From an uncultured bacterium (lineage in GTDB: Bacteria; Actinomycetota; Acidimicrobiia; Acidimicrobiales; VFJN01), in NCBI GenBank assembly GCA_963813485.1, contig CAWEZE010000011.1:15698-79697 (forward strand): a stretch of DNA of 64,000 nt, written 5' to 3'. Within the stretch, counting starts at the first letter, position 1, and each line of letters opens with the position of its first letter. Shown in pieces: positions 56,689 to 64,000 of this stretch. The notes under the pieces were generated by a model. It was not told where the DNA came from and searched no databases. It saw only the letters and a program-made list of their open reading frames with translations. Position numbers and translations under genes: made by a program.

Positions 56689-56748
56689 GACCGCAGCTCC
56701 TCCCAGCCTGCCTGCTCGCTTACTTAGCAGGTAGGAGGGGTGTCGTGC

Positions 56749-58266
56749 TCAGAGAAGTGGGGTTCCTGCCTCCTCGATGAGGCCACCGAGGCGATCGAGG
56801 TCGACATGCGTCTCGATGGCGGCAGCGATGCGATCGAACCGTTCGAACCGGGCCTCCGCGAACCGCGCCTCGCCGGGCCGCCACTGCTTGCCCGACCGAT
56901 CGGCCGCCCAGCGCAGCGCCGCGGCCCGGAAGCCGTCGTCCTCCAGCAGTCCGTGCAGCGTCGTGCCGCACACGCCACCGGCGTGCCAGCCGAGCACCTC
57001 GCCGCCGTCCGCCACCAGCCAGGCGACCGCGCCGCCGAGCGGTCCCACGCGCCCATGGTGGATCCGGTAGCCGGAGACCCGCTGCCCGGCACCCGGGCCC
57101 GCCACCGCCAGCCCGGTGGGCCGGTCCAGCACCTTGTCGCCATCGAAACGTGTCGCGAGCGGCAGCCAGCCCAGACCCATGTCGGTGCCGGCGGGACCTT
57201 CGACGCCGCCGGGGTCGTCGATCCTGCCGCCCAGCATCTGCGCACCGGCACACACCGCCACGACCGTGGTGCTGCCACCTGCAGCGCGCTTCACGGCGTC
57301 GGCCAGTCCCGTCGAGCGGAACCAGGCCAGGTCGCCGCGAGTGTCCTTCGACCCCGGCAGCACCACCACGTCGGGGCGGCCCAGGTCGGCCGGCGACCGC
57401 ACCCAGCGGACCGCTACGTGGGGCTCCAGCCGCAAGGGATCGAGGTCGCCCGCGTTCGACAGGCGCGGCCACCGGATCGCAGCGACGTCGAGCACGTCGA
57501 CGCCGACGACCGCTCCGGGCGGCGGATCGGCCGCCGCGAACCGGTCGAGGGTGAGCGAGTCCTCGGCGTCGAGGTCGGCGCCGGGGACGTGGGGGATCAC
57601 GCCGAGGGTCGGAACGCCGCAGCGCCGTTCGAGCTCGGCGCAGGCGTCACCGAGGAGGGCGGGGTCGCCGCGCAGCCGGTTGATGACGAAGCCGCGCACC
57701 AGTTTCCGCAGGTGCGCGGGCAGCAGCTCGACCGTGCCATAGAGCGCCGCGAACACGCCGCCCCGGTCGATGTCGCCGACGACGATGGCCGGCAGGCCGG
57801 CGGCGTCGGCCAAGGGCAGGTTGACGATGTCTCGGTCGAGCAGGTTGATCTCGGCCGGGCTGCCGGCTCCCTCGCAGATCACGACGTCGTAGCGGGATCG
57901 CAGGTCGGAGAGCGCCTCGAGCACCACCGGCAGGAGGTCGCGCTTGGAGGCGTGATAGTCGCGTGCGGACTGCACGCCGACCGGCCGGCCCATGACGATC
58001 ACCTGGCTGGCGCGCTCGCCGGTGGGCTTCAGCAGGACGGGGTTCATGGCGGCTTCGGGCTCCACACCGGCGGCCAGCGCCTGCACCCACTGGGCGTGCC
58101 CGATCTCGGAGCCGCTGGCCGTCACGGCGGCGTTGAGCGCCATGTTCTGCGCTTTGAAGGGCGCGACCTTCACGCCGCGGGAGGCAAGCAATCGGCACAA
58201 CCCGGCCACCACGAACGACTTGCCCACGTCGCTGCCGGTCCCGCACACCAGCAATCCGCCCCTCAC
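56749..58266 (-). CDS. cobQ: cobyric acid synthase
   Basis: ORF 56749..58266, GTG start. LLVCGTGSDVGKS, FKAQNMALNA, ICEGAGSPAEINL, and a C-terminal glutamine amidotransferase part (VVLPGSKDT, AVCAGAQMLG). Confidence 0.9.
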   Translation of the reverse strand: MRGGLLVCGTGSDVGKSFVVAGLCRLLASRGVKVAPFKAQNMALNAAVTASGSEIGHAQWVQALAAGVEPEAAMNPVLLKPTGERASQVIVMGRPVGVQSARDYHASKRDLLPVVLEALSDLRSRYDVVICEGAGSPAEINLLDRDIVNLPLADAAGLPAIVVGDIDRGGVFAALYGTVELLPAHLRKLVRGFVINRLRGDPALLGDACAELERRCGVPTLGVIPHVPGADLDAEDSLTLDRFAAADPPPGAVVGVDVLDVAAIRWPRLSNAGDLDPLRLEPHVAVRWVRSPADLGRPDVVVLPGSKDTRGDLAWFRSTGLADAVKRAAGGSTTVVAVCAGAQMLGGRIDDPGGVEGPAGTDMGLGWLPLATRFDGDKVLDRPTGLAVAGPGAGQRVSGYRIHHGRVGPLGGAVAWLVADGGEVLGWHAGGVCGTTLHGLLEDDGFRAAALRWAADRSGKQWRPGEARFAEARFERFDRIAAAIETHVDLDRLGGLIEEAGTPLL

Positions 58267-58295
58267 GTCCGAATCGTCCCCCTAGTCTCCGCCCC

Positions 58296-58820
58296 ATGGT
58301 CCGTGCGCAGTCGATCGTCCTCGTCAACACCGGTCACGGGAAGGGGAAGTCCTCTGCCGCCTTCGGCGTGATGGTCCGGGGCTGGGCCCGGGGTTGGCGG
58401 GTCGGCGTGGTGCAGTTCGTCAAGGGCGGCAAGTGGAAGACCGGCGAGCGGAAGCTCGCGGACCAGCTCGGCATCGAGTGGCACACGCTGGGTGACGGCT
58501 TCACGTGGGAGTCGACCGACCTCGAGCGCACCGCCGAGCTGGGCCGCGAGGCGTGGAAGGTGGCGGCCGACATGCTGACGTCGGGTGACTACGACCTGCT
58601 CATCCTCGACGAGGTCACGTATCCGATGACGTTCGGCTGGGTCGACGCGTCTGAGGTTGCCGAGACGGTCCGGAGCCGGGCACCCCGCACCAGCGTGGTG
58701 GCCACGGGACGGGATGCTCCCGAAGAGCTGGTCGCGGTGGCCGACACCGTGACCGAGATGCGCAAGGTGAAGCACGCCTACGACGCAGGGATCTCTGCCC
58801 TCAAGGGCATCGAGTTCTGA
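58296..58820 (+). CDS. cobO: cob(I)yrinic acid a,c-diamide adenosyltransferase
   Basis: ORF 58296..58820 with VNTGHGKGKSSAAFG, VVQFVKG, LILDEVTY, VKHAYDAGISALKGIEF. Confidence 0.9.
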   Translation: MVRAQSIVLVNTGHGKGKSSAAFGVMVRGWARGWRVGVVQFVKGGKWKTGERKLADQLGIEWHTLGDGFTWESTDLERTAELGREAWKVAADMLTSGDYDLLILDEVTYPMTFGWVDASEVAETVRSRAPRTSVVATGRDAPEELVAVADTVTEMRKVKHAYDAGISALKGIEF

Positions 58821-58844
58821 AGCACAACGAACGGGCTGCCCCCG

Positions 58845-59291
58845 TCACGTGCGGCCCGAGGAGAGGTAGTCGTGCAGCGTCCCGGCTTCGGTCTCGAGCT
58901 CGCCGATGCGGGACTTGACCACGTCGCCGATGCTCACGATGCCGCTGAGACCATCGTCGTCGACCACGGGCACGTGGCGGATGCGGCGGTCGGTCATGAT
59001 CCGCATGAGGTCGTTGACCGATGCACGCGACCCGCACGTCGCCACCTCCCTCGTCATGAGGTCGGACACCCGCCGCTCCAGGATCGACGTGTGACCGATC
59101 GTCTCCTCGGCGAGCGCCCGCACGACGTCGCGCTCCGACAGGATGCCGACGATGCGCGACTCGTCGTCCACCACGACCAGCGCCCCGACGTTGTGCTCCC
59201 GAAGCAGCGCCACGGCCTCGGCGACCGAGGCGTCGGGACCGATCGTGGCCACCTCGTGACCCTTGCCGTAGAGGATGTGCTCGATCAGCAC
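58845..59291 (-). CDS. CBS-domain pair protein
   Basis: ORF 58845..61199 trimmed to GTG 59291, which is preceded by AAGGAGGTG. VLIEHILYGKGHEVATIGPDASVAEAVALLREHNVGALVVVDD...RRIRHVPVVDDDGLSGIVSIGDVV. Confidence 0.8.
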   Translation of the reverse strand: MLIEHILYGKGHEVATIGPDASVAEAVALLREHNVGALVVVDDESRIVGILSERDVVRALAEETIGHTSILERRVSDLMTREVATCGSRASVNDLMRIMTDRRIRHVPVVDDDGLSGIVSIGDVVKSRIGELETEAGTLHDYLSSGRT

Positions 59292-59363
59292 GGGACCACC
59301 TCCTTGCCTCGGCCCAACTTTTCCACACCCACCGCGCGTTGTCGCCCACAGGATGATGTCGAT

Positions 59364-60599
59364 ATGGCCGCTGATATGCCGACCGTTGCCATCGACGTCG
59401 ACCGGGCCCGAGCCGACACGCCGGGATGCGAGCTGGTCGTCCACCTGAACCACGCGGGCACCTCCCTGGCGCCTCGCCCCGTGCTCGACGCCCAGGTCGA
59501 GTGGTTGCAGGCCGAGGCTTTGACGGGTGGCTACGAGCTGGCCGCCGACCGCCAGGCCGACCGGCAAGCCACCTACGACGAGGTTGCGGCCCTCGTCGGT
59601 GCCCACCGCGACGAGATCGCCCTGGTGGAGAACGCCACGTTCGCCTGGCACCAGGCGTTCTGGTCGCTGCCGCTGCGGCGCGGCGACCGGATCCTCACGT
59701 GCACCGTGGAGTACGCCTCGAGCTACCTCAGCTACCTGCAGGCGGAACGGCGGCGGGGCGTGTCCATCGAGGTCATCCCCGACGACGAGGACGGCCAGCT
59801 GTCGCTCCCCGCGCTGGCCGACCTGCTCGACGACGGGCGGGCGCCGGTGGGATTGGTGGCGGTGACCCAGGCGCCCAGCAACGGTGGTTTGGTCAATCCC
59901 GTGGCCGGGGTGGGTGCGCTGTGCCGCGAGGCCGGGGTTCCGTTCCTGCTCGACGCCTGCCAGTCCATCGGCCAGATGCCGGTCGATGTCGACGAGATCG
60001 GCTGCGACTTGCTGTCGGCCACGGGCCGCAAGTTCCTGCGGGCGCCTCGCGGCACCGGCTTCCTGTACGTCCGCCGGTCGCTGCTGGAGCGGCTCGATCG
60101 GATGGGGGCCGAGCCGGCGTTCCTCGACCTGCTGGGCGCCGACTGGATCGCCCCCCATGGCTACGAGCTGCGCCCGGACGCCCGGCGCTTCGAGAACTGG
60201 GAGTCCAACCTGGCCGCCGTCGCCGGCCTGCGTGCCGCGGTCACCTACGCCCGGTCGTGGGGGCTCGGTGCCATAGCCGAACGCGTCGGGGCGATGGCCG
60301 AGGCACTCCGAAGTCGCGTGGCCGAGGTACCCGGCGTCCGGGTGCACGACCTCGGCCGCCACCGCAGCGGGATCGTGACCTTCACCGTGGACGGCGTCGC
60401 CGCCGCCGACGTGCAGGCTCGGCTGCGAGGCCAGGGCATCAACGTGTCCGTCTCGGAACCGTCGTCGACCCGTCTGGACGCCGAGCGCCGGCGGCTGCCG
60501 TCGCTCGTGCGTGCGTCGGTCCACTACGTCACCACGGACGCCGAGCTCGACCGGCTCACGGGTGCCGTCGGGGACATGGTCGCCAGGGCACGGCCGTGA
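59364..60599 (+). CDS. class-V aminotransferase-fold PLP enzyme (cysteine desulfurase/epimerase-like)
   Basis: ORF 58872..60599 trimmed to ATG 59364. VHLNHAGTS, LLDACQSIGQMPVDVDEIGCDLLSATGRKFLRAPRGTGFLYV. Confidence 0.8.
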   Translation: MAADMPTVAIDVDRARADTPGCELVVHLNHAGTSLAPRPVLDAQVEWLQAEALTGGYELAADRQADRQATYDEVAALVGAHRDEIALVENATFAWHQAFWSLPLRRGDRILTCTVEYASSYLSYLQAERRRGVSIEVIPDDEDGQLSLPALADLLDDGRAPVGLVAVTQAPSNGGLVNPVAGVGALCREAGVPFLLDACQSIGQMPVDVDEIGCDLLSATGRKFLRAPRGTGFLYVRRSLLERLDRMGAEPAFLDLLGADWIAPHGYELRPDARRFENWESNLAAVAGLRAAVTYARSWGLGAIAERVGAMAEALRSRVAEVPGVRVHDLGRHRSGIVTFTVDGVAAADVQARLRGQGINVSVSEPSSTRLDAERRRLPSLVRASVHYVTTDAELDRLTGAVGDMVARARP

Positions 60600-60615
60600 C
60601 ACCGGGGTCCGTCCA

Positions 60616-61335
60616 ATGGCGCGACCAACGCCTCGCCCTGACATCCTGCTGGGGATGAAAGACGTCCTCACCGGCACCGGCGAGACCCCGGTGGTCGACG
60701 CCGCCACCGTGGTCCTCGTGCGTGACGGCGAGGGCGGGCTCGAGTGCCTCATGCTGCGCAAGACCAAGGGCCAGGCGTTCGGCGGCCTGTGGGTGTTCCC
60801 GGGTGGCCGGGTCGAGACGGGCGACGGCGACGGATTCGAGGGAGTGCGGCGTGCTGCGGTGCGCGAGGCCCGGGAGGAGACCGGCCTGCTGCTCGATGCC
60901 ACGGAGTTGCTGCCGTTCGCGCACTGGTTCCCGCCGCCCGAGGCGCCCCGGCGCTTCGCCACCTGGTTCTTCCTGGCCGCGCTGCCGGCAGGGGCCGCAG
61001 AGGTGATCGTCGACGGCGGCGAGATCGGGGACCACGTCTGGACCACCCCGTCCGCCGCCCTCCAACGCCACCGGGCCGGCGAGATCAAGATGGTCCCGCC
61101 CACCTGGGTCACGCTCCACCGTCTCGTCGACCTGCCCGACACGGTGGCCGCCCTGGCCGACGCCGGCGGGCGCGACCTCGAACGGTTCAGCACCCACATG
61201 GTCGACGACGACGGCGTCCTCGTGGCGGTGTGGGCCCCGGACGCCGCCTACGGGTCGGGCGACCTCACGGCCGCCGGGCCCCGCCACCGCCTGGTCATGG
61301 ACCCCGCCGGCTGGCGCTACCAGCGCTCGGACTGA
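60616..61335 (+). CDS. NUDIX hydrolase
   Basis: ORF 60511..61335 trimmed to ATG 60616 (alternative start 60655). Nudix box GGRVETGDGDGFEGVRRAAVREAREETGL. Confidence 0.8.
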   Translation: MARPTPRPDILLGMKDVLTGTGETPVVDAATVVLVRDGEGGLECLMLRKTKGQAFGGLWVFPGGRVETGDGDGFEGVRRAAVREAREETGLLLDATELLPFAHWFPPPEAPRRFATWFFLAALPAGAAEVIVDGGEIGDHVWTTPSAALQRHRAGEIKMVPPTWVTLHRLVDLPDTVAALADAGGRDLERFSTHMVDDDGVLVAVWAPDAAYGSGDLTAAGPRHRLVMDPAGWRYQRSD

Positions 61336-61412
61336 TCCGCCGGGCTCCGGCGTCCTCGCTGGCCATGAGGGGGATCCCCTGAACGCCCCTGGGGCGGAAT
61401 CCGGCGGATCCG

Positions 61413-62201
61413 ATGCCAGCATGGTGGGCCATGGATGACGACGAGGCGACCACCGACGCGCGCCCGTGGTCCTCCGTAGCGGCCGAGAACGGTGACCGGG
61501 CCGGGGTCGCCGGCGACGATGACGCAGATGCCGAGGCCGATCTCGCCCGCCGGCTGGGGTGGGCCAAGCAGGCGATCCTGGCGGCGGCGTTGGTGTTCCT
61601 GGGGATCGCCATCGGGATGGTCGTCGCCCGCGACCGGCCTCCCGGCGAGGGATCGGTCGACGTCGGTTTCCTCCAGGACATGCTCACGCACCACGACCAG
61701 GCTCTGGGCGTAGCGACGCTGGTGGTCGCGAACGGCGAGGACCCGACCGTGCGCAGCTACGCCCGGGAGGTCCTCGTGTTCCAGGGCTACGAGATCGGCG
61801 TCATGAGCCAGATGCTCGACGACTGGGGGTACTCGCGCAGCGACCGCTCGGAGCAGGCCATGGCCTGGATGGACATGCCCGTGCCGGTCGAGCAGATGCC
61901 CGGCCTGCTCACCGACGAGCAACTGGACCAGCTGCAGGACGCCAGTGGCGCCGAGCTGGACGCCATGTTCCTCGACCTCATGGCCGACCACCACCGGGGC
62001 GGGCTGCACATGTCCGAGTACGCGTTCGGCAACGCCGGGGATGCGGACGTCCGGGAGCTCGCCGCCCGCATCGCCCGCAACCAGGCTGGCGAGATCAACG
62101 AGTACCGCGCCCTGGCCGAGCGCAACGGCTACGACATCGACATCGAGTCGGCGAGCGTCCCGGCCGACATCGCCGCCGCGGGCGAGACCGGCGGCGACTG
62201 A
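61413..62201 (+). CDS. DUF305-family (ferritin-like four-helix) membrane-anchored protein
   Basis: ORF 61413..62201. One TM helix, then FLQDMLTHHDQAL and FLDLMADHHRGGLHMS...IARNQAGEINEY. Confidence 0.7.
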   Translation: MPAWWAMDDDEATTDARPWSSVAAENGDRAGVAGDDDADAEADLARRLGWAKQAILAAALVFLGIAIGMVVARDRPPGEGSVDVGFLQDMLTHHDQALGVATLVVANGEDPTVRSYAREVLVFQGYEIGVMSQMLDDWGYSRSDRSEQAMAWMDMPVPVEQMPGLLTDEQLDQLQDASGAELDAMFLDLMADHHRGGLHMSEYAFGNAGDADVRELAARIARNQAGEINEYRALAERNGYDIDIESASVPADIAAAGETGGD

Positions 62202-62243
62202 CCCTCCTCGTTGGCTGTCACAGGGCTTGCCTAGCCTGGCCGC

Positions 62244-62640
62244 GTGCCCGTGGATCCTCCCGTCGCCCTCGGTCGCGGCGTCGTCGTCAACGCCGGTGAT
62301 CACGTGCCACAGCCGTGGGCGACCACACCGGAGGTCCTCGTCGACGACGACGCGCTCGCCGATCCCGCCGGCGTGGCAGCAGTCCTGCACGAGGCGTGGG
62401 CCGGCCGGCGGCCGGTGGTGGTGAGGTTGGCCGTCGATCCCGTCAGGTTCAGAGACCCACCCGACATCGACGTGGCCGAGCCGTGGCGGCTCGACCCGGG
62501 GTTCGAGCTGTGGCACGACCGGCTCCACTTCCTGGTCTGGGCCAACACCTACGACGCGCGCGACGGCGAGCTGGTGTGGTGGTGGGGGCGCAAGGCGCAA
62601 CGTCTGGGAGCCGCCGCGCCCGCGCGACGCGATCGACGAC
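62244..62640 (+). other. open frame that may be the N-terminal extension of the downstream helicase
   Basis: GTG 62244, frame 0: VPVDPPVALGRGVVVNAGDHVPQPWATTPEVLVDDDALADPAGVAAVLHEAWAGRRPVVVRLAVDP...LHFLVWANTYDARDGELVWWWGRKAQ, then Arg-rich junk. The helicase frame (frame 1) opens at 62425. Confidence 0.35.
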
Positions 62641-62664
62641 GCGATCGACGGCGCGATCGATGGC
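62629..62664. repeat. 12-nt tandem repeat x3 (GCGATCGACGAC / GCGATCGACGGC / GCGATCGATGGC)
   Basis: Read directly. Encodes AIDD-AIDG-AIDG in the helicase frame. Confidence 0.9.
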
Positions 62665-62676
62665 GCCGCCGCCGAT

Positions 62677-64000
62677 GTGGTCCTGCCCGACGGCACCGTG
62701 GCATGGATCGACGGCGGGCCGCGGGGCGACGTCGACACCCTGGCCGTCGGTGGGGTAGCGGTGATTCATGCCGAGTCGATCGACTGGGGACGACTCACGC
62801 CGGTCCCGCCCCGCGACGGCGGTCTCGCCGACGGCCGGCTCGCTTCGGACCAGCTGCAGGCGGTGAACCACGGTGCCGGGCCGGCCCGCGTCATAGCGCC
62901 GGCGGGGTCGGGCAAGACGCGCGTGCTCACCGAACGACTGCGGCACCTCGTCGTCGCCCGCGGCTACGAGCCCGAGGGCGTGGTAGCGGTGGCCTACAAC
63001 CGCAAGGCCCGCGACGAGATGGTCGCCCGCACCGCCGGGGTCGGCGCCCGCATCCTCACCCTCAATGCCCTCGGCTACGAGCTCGTGGCCTCTGGGCTCG
63101 GCCGCCGACCCGACGTGCTCGACGTCCGCGACGTCCGCCGACTCCTCGAACCGCTGGTTCCCCGGGGGGCCCGCCGCCTCAACACCGATCCTTTGGCGCC
63201 GTATCTCGACGCGCTGTCGGCGGTCCGCCTGGGGCTGCGCGACCCGATCGACGTCGAGGACGAACGCGGCGACGTGCCCGGGCTCGCCGACGCCTTCCCG
63301 GCCTACCGTGCCGAGCTACGCCGCCGGGGCGTCGTCGATTTCGACGAGCAGGTGCTGCTGGCCATCGAGCTGCTCCTGGGCGACGGGGCGTTCCGCAGGA
63401 CCCAGCAGTCTCGCCACCGACATCTCCTGGTCGACGAGTTCCAGGACCTCACACCGGCGCACGTGCTGCTCATCCGGCTGTTGTCGACCCCGCGCTTCGA
63501 CGTGTTCGGCGTCGGCGACGACGACCAGGTCATCTACGGGCACGCCGGGGCGTCGCCACGGTTTCTCACCGAGTTCGGCCGCTACTTTCCCGCCGCCGCC
63601 GAGCACGCCCTCGAGGTCAACTACCGCTGCCCACCCGCGGTGGTCGATGCCGCCGGCCATCTCCTCACCCGCAACCGCGTGCGGGTCACCAAACGGATCC
63701 GGGCCGCGCGCGCGGATCCGGCGGGGGCCGAGGGGGCCACGGCCACCGACGCGTTCCGGGTGCGGCGCCACGTCCCGCAGGCGGGGGCGACCGAGCTGGT
63801 CGACGTGGTGCGGGCATGGCTGGCCGGCGACGGCGCGGCGCAGCCCCGCGACATCGCGGTGCTGACCCGTGTCGGATCGCTGCTGCTCGCCCCCCATGTG
63901 GCGCTGGTGGAGGCGGGGGTGCCGGTCGCCTCGATCCTGCACCCCGACGTGCTGACCCGCACCGGCCTGCGCGCCGCGCTCGCCTACGTGCGGATCGCGG
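62677..64000 (+). CDS. UvrD/PcrA-family DNA helicase, 3' end beyond the window
   Basis: Frame 1, hand-translated (open-ended, so absent from the ORF track). First start is GTG 62677. QLQAVNHGAGPARVIAPAGSGKTRVLTERL, VAVAYNRKARDEM, LTLNALGYEL, HLLVDEFQDLTPAH, FGVGDDDQVIYG, EVNYRCPPAVV. Confidence 0.75.
   Translation, partial: MVLPDGTVAWIDGGPRGDVDTLAVGGVAVIHAESIDWGRLTPVPPRDGGLADGRLASDQLQAVNHGAGPARVIAPAGSGKTRVLTERLRHLVVARGYEPEGVVAVAYNRKARDEMVARTAGVGARILTLNALGYELVASGLGRRPDVLDVRDVRRLLEPLVPRGARRLNTDPLAPYLDALSAVRLGLRDPIDVEDERGDVPGLADAFPAYRAELRRRGVVDFDEQVLLAIELLLGDGAFRRTQQSRHRHLLVDEFQDLTPAHVLLIRLLSTPRFDVFGVGDDDQVIYGHAGASPRFLTEFGRYFPAAAEHALEVNYRCPPAVVDAAGHLLTRNRVRVTKRIRAARADPAGAEGATATDAFRVRRHVPQAGATELVDVVRAWLAGDGAAQPRDIAVLTRVGSLLLAPHVALVEAGVPVASILHPDVLTRTGLRAALAYVRIA

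Noticed and set aside
58267-58295. Cobalamin riboswitch near cobQ/cobO
   Set aside because: The divergent spacer is only 29 bp, and I found no B12-box-like sequence here or in 56689-56748.
1-64000. tRNA, rRNA, tmRNA, CRISPR arrays, prophage or IS elements
   Set aside because: Scanning the spacers and the ORF translations by eye found no T-loop-like GGTTCGA motifs in spacers, no repeat-spacer arrays, and no integrase, transposase, capsid or terminase-like translations. A covariance-model or HMM scan would be needed for certainty.

Overview
High-GC (about 70% by eye) chromosomal segment with an actinobacterial signature: a gpgS-folP pair, a TIGR03086/MDMPI-type DinB protein, a ZAS anti-sigma factor, and many GTG and near-leaderless starts. 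I count about 60 tightly packed protein genes. I could not recognise any rRNA, tRNA, CRISPR array, transposase, integrase or phage structural gene. Gene blocks, left to right: (1) RR-PP2C phosphatase and a LuxR-type response regulator, a membrane metallophosphoesterase, then ackA and xfp (phosphoketolase pathway). (2) DJ-1/PfpI plus a GlxA-type regulator, then gpgS-folP. (3) An envelope-stress-like module: SHOCT, ABC ATPase, a double-FtsX permease, two NarL-type two-component systems and a DUF4097 protein. (4) A 798-aa secreted protein combining M23 peptidase, FG-GAP-like repeats, a GH19 lysozyme-like domain and a Thr/Pro-rich tail. (5) A second, paralogous ABC ATPase/permease pair, then DUF2207 and a universal stress protein. 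(6) Housekeeping and metabolic genes: DEAD-box helicase with a cold-shock domain, enoyl-CoA hydratase, two SDRs, an ArsC-family protein, M28 peptidase, AidB-like acyl-CoA dehydrogenase, dodecin and HrpB. (7) A copper/metal island: divergent ECF sigma and ZAS anti-sigma, a CopC-CopD fusion, a disrupted YcnI, unknown secreted and membrane proteins, a CDF exporter, and DUF305 further right. (8) A 1040-aa STAND ATPase with a C-terminal SARP DNA-binding domain. (9) Cobalamin genes: a ChlD-like protein lacking its vWA domain, cobQ and cobO. (10) A CBS protein, a class-V aminotransferase, a NUDIX hydrolase, and a UvrD-like helicase that runs off the right edge. I found no clear instance of a known defence or mobile system. 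The most unusual observations are these: a ycnI gene whose middle is replaced by an antisense internal fragment of an MFS transporter gene, next to a 17-bp direct repeat; a perfectly palindromic back-to-back pair of ECF-type -35 boxes between the sigma and anti-sigma genes, with the anti-sigma translationally coupled to copCD; a very high load of single-base frameshifts (11 solid, 4 possible), which may be sequencing error or pseudogenisation; the M23/GH19 dual cell-wall hydrolase with a hairpin-rich leader; the reversed-order STAND-SARP regulator; and a two-copy structured palindromic intergenic element with a compensatory stem change. All protein-family calls rest on motif recognition in the supplied translations. 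No database search was run.
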